Shown: positions 57,585-64,000 of the stretch, piece after piece
Position numbering within the stretch: position 1 is the first letter of the stretch
Layout: every line of letters starts with the position of its first letter
NCBI GenBank assembly: GCA_902537325.1
Contig: CACBAT010000002.1
Span: 24,610 to 88,609, forward strand
DNA: 64,000 nucleotides
Source: an uncultured Alphaproteobacteria bacterium
GTDB lineage: Bacteria > Pseudomonadota > Alphaproteobacteria > HIMB59 > GCA-002718135
Reading direction: 5' to 3'
Made by a program: the position numbers and the translations under genes
The notes under the pieces: model-generated
Seen by the model: only the letters and a program-made list of their open reading frames with translations
The model's database searches: none
Told to the model about the DNA's origin: nothing

Positions 57585-58430
57585 TTATTCTTTTAATCCA
57601 AAGTTTGATATACTTTCTATGAATAACTTCTGAGTAAAAAAGTATAATACTAAAATTGGAAAAATTGCAATTAAGCAAGCAGCCATCAATAAATTAAAAT
57701 TAGGTCCCACTTCTCTCACAAAACTATAGATAGAAACTGTTACAGGATACCAATCATCTCTAGTCAATATAAGCAAAGGCCAAGCAAAACTATTCCACGC
57801 TATAATAAAAGTAAATAAAGAGACTGTCACAATAATAGGTTTGCTCATTGGGATTACTACCTTGAGTAAAAAATTTAAATGAGAAGATCCATCAAGCCTT
57901 GCAGCATCCCAAAGCTCATTTGGTATCTTTTTAAAATATTGTCTTAATAAGAAAATTACAAATATATTTCCCATAAATGGAACTGTTAAACCTTGAAGAC
58001 TATTCATCCAAGAAGGTCCAAATGGCAATGGAATAATTTCCCCTCTAATAATTAATAAATGAGGTAATAATGTAATGATTTCAGGAATCATTAATGAAAG
58101 TAACAACATGTAGAATATGATATTTTTAAATGGGAATTCTATTTTAGCAAAAGAGTATGCTGCTGGAATACTAGTTAATAAAACACCAATGACAATTATT
58201 GAACTAATTATTAAACTATTAAATGTATAACGTTGGAATCTATTAGATGTCCAAACTTCATAATAATTTTCAAACATCAGTTTTTTTGGAAATAAATATT
58301 GATTTGATGCTTCTCCAGCTGTCATCAATGATGTGGATATCATGTAAAAAAATGGGTAAATTGAAATAATAAAAACTATTAATAAAATTAAATAAGGTAT
58401 CCTTGTCTCAGCATTAATAATTCTAGTCAT
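57585..58430 (-). CDS. ABC transporter permease (MalG/UgpE-like)
   Basis: Six TM helices. EAA loop DAARLDGSSHLNFLLKVVIPMSKP. Confidence 0.85.
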   Translation of the reverse strand: MTRIINAETRIPYLILLIVFIISIYPFFYMISTSLMTAGEASNQYLFPKKLMFENYYEVWTSNRFQRYTFNSLIISSIIVIGVLLTSIPAAYSFAKIEFPFKNIIFYMLLLSLMIPEIITLLPHLLIIRGEIIPLPFGPSWMNSLQGLTVPFMGNIFVIFLLRQYFKKIPNELWDAARLDGSSHLNFLLKVVIPMSKPIIVTVSLFTFIIAWNSFAWPLLILTRDDWYPVTVSIYSFVREVGPNFNLLMAACLIAIFPILVLYFFTQKLFIESISNFGLKE

Positions 58431-59547
58431 AACTTAACCTTTTTCTAAAAATTACATATTGCGATATTGCTAAAATATTTAGAAGTATAAATAAAATTAC
58501 TCCTTCAGCTGCAGCATAACCATATTTCACCCTACCCCAAAAATGATCAAAAATTTCTATTGTAACAACATCCATTGTATCTCCAGCAGAAGAAGTTTGC
58601 ATAACAAAAATACTATTGAAAGCTTGAAAGGTATTTATAAAACCAGTCAACATTAGAAAAAATATAATAGGCATTAATAGTGGTATGGTAATTTTAATAA
58701 ATGTTTGCCATCTACTAGCTCCTTCTGCTTTTGCAGCCTCATATAAATCAGAGGGTATAATTGATAAACCTGCGAGTAAAATTATTGCATAGTAGCCAGT
58801 ATAAGACCATATTCCATATATGATTGATGACATTAGAGCTAAACTTGGTCCTGCTAGCAGACCTTCTATTTTGATACCAAATAAAACTTCGGTAATAGGT
58901 CTTTTATCAAATAACCACATTTGAGGTTCAAAACCAAATATTCCTATTAGTTGATTTAAAAAAGAATTTTCAGCTTTACCAAATATTAAAAAAAATACTG
59001 CAGCACCCATTACTGCTGGAGTAATGTAAGGAAATAATAAAATCATTTGAAAGAATTGTTTTCCAGCTAATTTTTGGTACAAAGCAAATGCTATTATTAA
59101 TCCTAGTCCAACCTCAAAAATTATAGTGAAAAACGAATAATAAAAAGTATAAATAAGAGAGTAAAGATAGTCTTCATCACCTGTTAAAAGCATTTTTTCC
59201 CAGTTGATATTAATTAATATTATTCCAATAATTAATATTGCTATAGATAAAAATGCTAAATAGATTTTATTTTTTACTTTATTTTTAAATTCACTCCACA
59301 ATCCATAACTCAATATCAATAATAATAATCCTAAAACAAATAACCAAAAAGCTGGTATGTCTCCAAGTATTCTTTGGTAATTCTCAAATCCTAAAAATCT
59401 CCCTTTAAAAACTTTCCATTTGTGTACACTCATGTACATTCCAAAAAAAACAGGAAAAATTCCAAATAGACTAATTATTAAAACAGCAGGAAGAATTAAT
59501 AGATATCCTGTAAGTTTTTCTGAATGATTTAATAAGAATTTATTCAT
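58423..59547 (-). CDS. ABC transporter permease (MalF/UgpA-like)
   Basis: EAA loop YEAAKAEGASRWQTFIKITIPLLMP. Overlaps the downstream permease by 8 nt. Confidence 0.85.
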   Translation of the reverse strand: MNKFLLNHSEKLTGYLLILPAVLIISLFGIFPVFFGMYMSVHKWKVFKGRFLGFENYQRILGDIPAFWLFVLGLLLLILSYGLWSEFKNKVKNKIYLAFLSIAILIIGIILININWEKMLLTGDEDYLYSLIYTFYYSFFTIIFEVGLGLIIAFALYQKLAGKQFFQMILLFPYITPAVMGAAVFFLIFGKAENSFLNQLIGIFGFEPQMWLFDKRPITEVLFGIKIEGLLAGPSLALMSSIIYGIWSYTGYYAIILLAGLSIIPSDLYEAAKAEGASRWQTFIKITIPLLMPIIFFLMLTGFINTFQAFNSIFVMQTSSAGDTMDVVTIEIFDHFWGRVKYGYAAAEGVILFILLNILAISQYVIFRKRLSYD

Positions 59548-60298
59548 TAATTTTTATAAGATCACCTTTATTTATTTTACCATCATTTAAAGGATCTAAA
59601 TATATTCCTAAATTTATATGGTTGTATATTTTTTTTAGATTAAAAGGAATATTAAGATTTATATCAGAAGTTTTGGGTTTTATATTGGTTGCTGAACATC
59701 TGGGAATTTCTTTAATTATTTTAAATTTTAAACCATTAATTGATAAAACTTTACCTATCAACTTCCTTTCTTCCCATTTATCTAAATCTTCTACATATAT
59801 ATTTCCTCTAAAACGCTCATATTCAATTTTATGATTAGAGAGGTTTTCAAAATCTTGAATGCTATTTAAATTTATTAATGATATTGATTTATTTGGCATT
59901 GTATCAAAAAAAGGATTCATACTATCTTTTAATAAATTAATATTATTTATATTTGGTAAAATATCCTCAAGTTTACTACATAAGATATTTACTTCATGTT
60001 GATTATCAATATCTGTTTTTAAAATTATTTTATTTTCAAATTCTAGTATTAAAAAATTATCTTCTAATAAAAAATTATATTGATTTAATTCAGGATATTT
60101 TTTTAATGATAAGAATTTATAAATTTCTCTTTTTAAAGGGTCATTTTTTACTAATTCTATATCTTTAAAATTAAGATTATTAGTGAAAGCAAATATTCGA
60201 TCATTTTTTATACCAATATTTTTAATTATTTCTAAAGTATCTACATTATTGAAAGAAAGAGATTTTACAGGTGAAAAATATAGGTTTTTAATTTTCAC
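59540..60298 (-). CDS. MOSC domain-containing protein
   Basis: N-terminal beta-barrel start IKNLYFSPVKSL, RFRGNIYV and the conserved Cys in IPRCSATN. Confidence 0.7.
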   Translation of the reverse strand: MKIKNLYFSPVKSLSFNNVDTLEIIKNIGIKNDRIFAFTNNLNFKDIELVKNDPLKREIYKFLSLKKYPELNQYNFLLEDNFLILEFENKIILKTDIDNQHEVNILCSKLEDILPNINNINLLKDSMNPFFDTMPNKSISLINLNSIQDFENLSNHKIEYERFRGNIYVEDLDKWEERKLIGKVLSINGLKFKIIKEIPRCSATNIKPKTSDINLNIPFNLKKIYNHINLGIYLDPLNDGKINKGDLIKINE

Positions 60299-60310
60299 TT
60301 ATATTAGCAT

Positions 60311-61009
60311 TTAAGTTTTTTTTAAAAAATACTGATCTAAAAATGAATCTAACCAATTTGATATATTTTTATTATATTTGTAACGATAATAAAGTTGAAC
60401 AAATATATTTTGAGCACCTTTGACGAATAATTTTTTAGGATTTTTTAATAATACCAAATACAACCATCTTATATGAAGTTTAAAATTTACTTCTGGATGA
60501 AATTGGAGCGCATAACAATTTTGATATTTAAAGGCTTGATTATTAAAAATATCACCCCTTGCTAATAACTCACAGCCTGTAGGAAGGGAAAATCCTTCAG
60601 AATGGAATTGAAAAAAAATCTTTTGAGAATTAAAAAGATTTTTTGCATTTTCAGTTGGTTCAATTTTATAAAAACCAATTTCTGAAAGCCCGTCTTTATT
60701 AGTTGTTATTTCTGAACCTAAACATTTAGCTAATAACTGTGCGCCAAAACAAATTCCAAGATAAGGAATGTCAGTTTTTATAACTTTATTTATCCATTCT
60801 AATTCTTTATTTATATATTCATCTTCATCGTTTATGCTTCCTGGTGCACCAAATACAACTATAGCTGAGTATTGTTTAATATTTAAAGGAAGTTCTTCTC
60901 CCAAAGGCGGTCTACATATTTCAGCAACATATCCCCTATCTCTAAATTTATTTCCTACATCTCCTGGAACCGAAGTTTTTTGATGTAATACAAACAAAAC
61001 CTTATTCAT
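60311..61009 (-). CDS. class I glutamine amidotransferase-like protein
   Basis: Nucleophile elbow LGICFGAQLL and QFHPE His/Glu segment. Confidence 0.8.
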   Translation of the reverse strand: MNKVLFVLHQKTSVPGDVGNKFRDRGYVAEICRPPLGEELPLNIKQYSAIVVFGAPGSINDEDEYINKELEWINKVIKTDIPYLGICFGAQLLAKCLGSEITTNKDGLSEIGFYKIEPTENAKNLFNSQKIFFQFHSEGFSLPTGCELLARGDIFNNQAFKYQNCYALQFHPEVNFKLHIRWLYLVLLKNPKKLFVKGAQNIFVQLYYRYKYNKNISNWLDSFLDQYFLKKT

Positions 61010-61099
61010 ACTAAATTATTAATAATAGATATTTTATTAATATGAAAATATTATTTCATAAAAATTATAACTATTTTCTATATTAATCTAGGTTGATAC

Positions 61100-61510
61100 T
61101 TATGTGACAAAATAATCAATATCTAAGATCTTTATGTAAAACATAAGAGTAAAATAACCAAAATTCATCATTACAACAAAACTAATAAGCATATTGATCG
61201 ATTTAGGGAGTGAATTTCCTAAAAAATCATCCCAAAAAACCTTTTCTAAATATAGAGCTAATTCAAAGTATATAAGTGTAATGATTGAAGCATTGAAGAT
61301 TATTAAAGAAGTCAATCCATTAAGACTCAATAAATAATTAATAAAAATTAATATCAAAGAAGAAAAAGAATAAATAAATAAATTTAATAAGGTTTTTTTA
61401 TTTTTTGAAAATTTTTTGAAAAAAATAATGTATCTTGTGTTTAAAAATAACGAAATCAATATCGAGCTAAAAAAAGAAATAATTAATATTTTTGTTATTT
61501 GATATTCCAT
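61100..61510 (-). CDS. hypothetical membrane protein
   Basis: 136 aa with about 4 hydrophobic helices. I recognise no motif. Supported only by ORF length and hydrophobic periodicity. Confidence 0.4.
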   Translation of the reverse strand: MEYQITKILIISFFSSILISLFLNTRYIIFFKKFSKNKKTLLNLFIYSFSSLILIFINYLLSLNGLTSLIIFNASIITLIYFELALYLEKVFWDDFLGNSLPKSINMLISFVVMMNFGYFTLMFYIKILDIDYFVT

Positions 61511-61559
61511 TTATATGTATTTTTTATATAACTAAAAAATATATAAGAAAAATAAGAAA

Positions 61560-62330
61560 ATGAAATTTGATAATGAAACTAGTATTATTCAACAAAAAAT
61601 AGCGAATGGTTATGCTGGAGTTTCACGAAGATTAGCTATTGTAAATGCCTTAAATTTAGAGACTAATGAAACTGTTATTGATATTGGATGTGGCGGTGGT
61701 CATTTAGTCGAAGAAATTTCATTATCTGTTGGAGAGCAAGGTAAAGTAATAGGAATTGATCCAAGTCAAGATCAATTAGATGTTGCAAGCAATAAATGTA
61801 AAGATCAAAATAATGTTGAACTTATTTGTACGACTGCTGATGATATCAATATAGATGATTCTTCATGTGATAAAATTACAGCTACACAAACATTAGAATA
61901 TATCGAAGATATAGATACATCCTTAAAGGAAATAAAAAGAATTTCTAAAATTAATTCTAAATTTGTTAATGTCTCAATTCTTTGGGACTATTTTAGATTT
62001 TATGGACCAGAAAAAGAAATTAATGATCTCATTCATGAAGCATTTAGAGCACATTGTTTTCACCAAATGCTTCCACTTGATTTAATTGGTAAGTTAAAAA
62101 AACTTGGATATAAAAATATAAGTTCTCAAAATTTATCGTATTTAATTACAAATAGAGATAATAATTCACCTGCAGTTTTTTATGAAACTATGTTAAGTAA
62201 GTTTGCTTTAAGCCAAGGTGTTTCAGAAGACAAAGTAGATGATTGGAGAAAACAATTAATTGAATCTGAAAAGGTAGGTAATTTTGGATTTACAAGTTTT
62301 CCAGTATTAACTGCAGCATATTTAGGTTAA
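61560..62330 (+). CDS. class I SAM-dependent methyltransferase
   Basis: Motif I VIDIGCGGG, followed by an acidic loop and the motif II/III spacing typical of UbiE/COQ5-like enzymes. Confidence 0.8.
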   Translation: MKFDNETSIIQQKIANGYAGVSRRLAIVNALNLETNETVIDIGCGGGHLVEEISLSVGEQGKVIGIDPSQDQLDVASNKCKDQNNVELICTTADDINIDDSSCDKITATQTLEYIEDIDTSLKEIKRISKINSKFVNVSILWDYFRFYGPEKEINDLIHEAFRAHCFHQMLPLDLIGKLKKLGYKNISSQNLSYLITNRDNNSPAVFYETMLSKFALSQGVSEDKVDDWRKQLIESEKVGNFGFTSFPVLTAAYLG

Positions 62331-62338
62331 TTTTAAAA

Positions 62339-62794
62339 ATGAAATTAAAAGTTTACTTATCAGGTGAAATTCATACTAATTGGCGAGATGAGATTATAGA
62401 TAAATGTAAATCTAAGAATTTAGAAATAGAATTTTCAAGCCCAACTACCAATCATGAATTATCAGATGATGTTGGTGTAAAAATACTTGGTGATGAAGAA
62501 AAAAAATTTTGGCACGATAACAAAGGAGCCAAAATAAATGCTATACGAACTAGAAATTCGATTGAAAAAGCAGATATAGTTGTAGTTCGTTTTGGTGAGA
62601 AATATAAACAATGGAATGCTGCTTTTGATGCAGGTTATGCATCAGCCTTGAACAAATCTCTCATAATAATGCATAGTGATGAACATCAACATGCTTTAAA
62701 AGAAGTAGATGCAGCAGCACTTGCTGTTACAAAAAACGTTGATGAGATTGTAAATATATTACAGTATTCTGTTAAAGGATCATTAGAGTTTTAA
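62339..62794 (+). CDS. YtoQ family protein (nucleoside 2-deoxyribosyltransferase-like fold)
   Basis: N-terminal KVYLSGEIHTNWRDEI matches the YtoQ family start as I recall it, 151 aa. Confidence 0.65.
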   Translation: MKLKVYLSGEIHTNWRDEIIDKCKSKNLEIEFSSPTTNHELSDDVGVKILGDEEKKFWHDNKGAKINAIRTRNSIEKADIVVVRFGEKYKQWNAAFDAGYASALNKSLIIMHSDEHQHALKEVDAAALAVTKNVDEIVNILQYSVKGSLEF

Positions 62795-64000
62795 TTATTT
62801 ACCAAAAATTCCTAATTTAACACCGTAGTCAACAGCTATTCCATAATCAGGATCATCATCACTATCAACTATCAATTGACCTGTTTTTCTTAAAAGGCTG
62901 TGGCAATCCTTCGTAAGACGTCTTAACTTTACTTGTTTGCCTAATTTGGAATATCTTTCTGCAATATCTTCAATTGCTTTTAAAGCAGATTGATCAATAA
63001 CTTTTGAATTAGCAAAATCTATTATTACTAAATTAGGATCTTCGGCAGGTTTAAAAATTTCTAAAAAACTATTAGTTGAGCTAAAAAAAAGAGGTCCTTC
63101 AATTTCATATACCTTAGCACCCTTTTCTGTTCTCGATTGTCTTTCAATTGCTCTAATTCTTGAAGCAGATTTCCAAGCAAATACTAACGCATTAATTATA
63201 ACGCCAGCAACTACAGCAACAGCTAAATCTTCTAATACAGTTATTAAGGTAACTAAAACAATTACCAATGCATCCGAACGAGGAACAACAAATAATAATT
63301 TTAGTGAATTCCAAGCAAATGTTCCAATTACGACCATAAACATAACCCCTACTAATGATGCAATAGGAATAAGTTCAATTAAATTTGAAGTATAAAGAAT
63401 GAAAATTAGTAAAAAAATTGCTGCTGATATACCAGCAATTCTTGTTCTACCTCCAGATTTTACATTTATCATCGATTGTCCAATCATAGCGCAACCACCC
63501 ATACCACCAAAAAAGCCTGTGATACCATTAGCAACACCTTGCGCTAAACATTCTTGTCTTGTCCCACCCTTTTTGTTTGTTATTTCTCCTACTAGATTAA
63601 GAGTTAGAAGACTTTCAATTAATCCAATAGCTGCCAAAATAATTGCATAAGGAAAAATAATGAAAAAAGTATCTAAATTAAGTGGAACTGTTGGAATAGA
63701 AAAATTTGGAAGCCCTCCTGCTACACTTGCTAAATCCCCTACTCTTGGAACAGGTAAATCTAAAAGTAAAACTAGAAAAGTAACAAGAAGAATTGCAGCT
63801 AATGTAGATGGTATGAATTTAGTAACCCTTGGTAAGTACCATATGATTAACATGGTTAAGAAAACTAATACTAAAGAATATGTAAGCACTTCCCCTGACA
63901 TCCATGTAAATGTTCCATCAAAGTTATATATTTGAAATTGATGTAATTGGGATAAACCAATTACTATAGCTAAACCGTTTACAAAACCTAGCATTACAGG
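62795..64000 (-). CDS. SulP-family anion transporter with C-terminal STAS domain (N-terminus outside window)
   Basis: The frame stays open past the track Met at 63994 to the window edge. TM-rich core (GFFGGMGGCAMIGQSMINV) and a C-terminal STAS-like domain (VYEIEGPLFFSS...VIIDFANSKVIDQSAL). Confidence 0.85.
   Translation of the reverse strand, partial: PVMLGFVNGLAIVIGLSQLHQFQIYNFDGTFTWMSGEVLTYSLVLVFLTMLIIWYLPRVTKFIPSTLAAILLVTFLVLLLDLPVPRVGDLASVAGGLPNFSIPTVPLNLDTFFIIFPYAIILAAIGLIESLLTLNLVGEITNKKGGTRQECLAQGVANGITGFFGGMGGCAMIGQSMINVKSGGRTRIAGISAAIFLLIFILYTSNLIELIPIASLVGVMFMVVIGTFAWNSLKLLFVVPRSDALVIVLVTLITVLEDLAVAVVAGVIINALVFAWKSASRIRAIERQSRTEKGAKVYEIEGPLFFSSTNSFLEIFKPAEDPNLVIIDFANSKVIDQSALKAIEDIAERYSKLGKQVKLRRLTKDCHSLLRKTGQLIVDSDDDPDYGIAVDYGVKLGIFGK

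Noticed and set aside
118-63935. About 28 ORFs of 60-108 aa in the supplied track lie antisense to, or nested in another frame within, longer genes. They are 118-435, 5435-5674, 8081-8281, 11132-11362, 19747-19956, 24399-24626, 25607-25921, 32328-32654, 34546-34860, 35123-35326, 35257-35481, 37795-37983, 39508-39726, 42832-43140, 43963-44163, 44996-45187, 49563-49823, 50321-50641, 51467-51670, 51790-51972, 56699-56989, 56785-56979, 57034-57267, 59622-59834, 59953-60168, 60768-60983, 63399-63650 and 63660-63935.
   Set aside because: Each is fully contained in a gene whose product has clear family motifs. Their translations are low-complexity, with no motifs and no SD. They look like shadow ORFs of the opposite strand or alternate frame, not overlapping genes.
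1-64000. I looked for CRISPR arrays, tandem or interspersed repeats, IS elements, toxin-antitoxin pairs and known defence-system gene sets.
   Set aside because: I found no regularly spaced repeats, no transposase, integrase or recombinase motifs, and no nuclease/ATPase/helicase combinations typical of defence islands. This was a by-eye scan only, so short or diverged repeats could have been missed.

Overview
This is a very AT-rich window (roughly 70% A+T by eye) that is almost entirely coding. I support about 75 protein genes, 3 tRNAs, one tandem glycine riboswitch, one LexA (SOS) operator and three intrinsic terminators. I saw no rRNA, CRISPR array, transposase, integrase, phage genes or recognisable defence system.

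Many adjacent genes touch or overlap by 1-23 nt, including convergent pairs. Gene content and order look alphaproteobacterial: argS-SPOR-scpAB-tatABC-serS-pcm, pcm-like-tolC-popZ-like-valS-ilvD, aapJQMP, and a GTTC-N7-GTTC SOS box. Together with the extreme packing and the riboswitch-controlled gcvTHP, this reads as core chromosome of a streamlined marine alphaproteobacterium, most plausibly Pelagibacterales (SAR11)-like. That assignment is an inference, because no search was run.

All protein calls rest on motifs I recognise in the supplied translations, not on database hits. Several track starts are TTG/GTG extensions, and I moved them to the SD-preceded ATG.

Most of the window is ordinary housekeeping. 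The candidates for something undescribed are:
- A six-gene coupled operon (47741-51690) joining an IolC/IolB/class-II-aldolase module to a truncated MtnN-like nucleosidase and a 138-aa unknown.
- The largest unexplained gap (16786-17065), which holds a strand-specific terminator, a hairpin displaying GGAGGA+AUG in its loop, and a 21-codon sORF running through the terminator, all upstream of a CDA-family deaminase.
- A photolyase-homology protein with apparently permuted domain order (1323-2501).
- A 75-aa 3-TM protein resembling a single PnuC repeat, next to a secreted two-EF-hand mini-protein (19877-20340).

None of these can be confirmed without searches or experiments.
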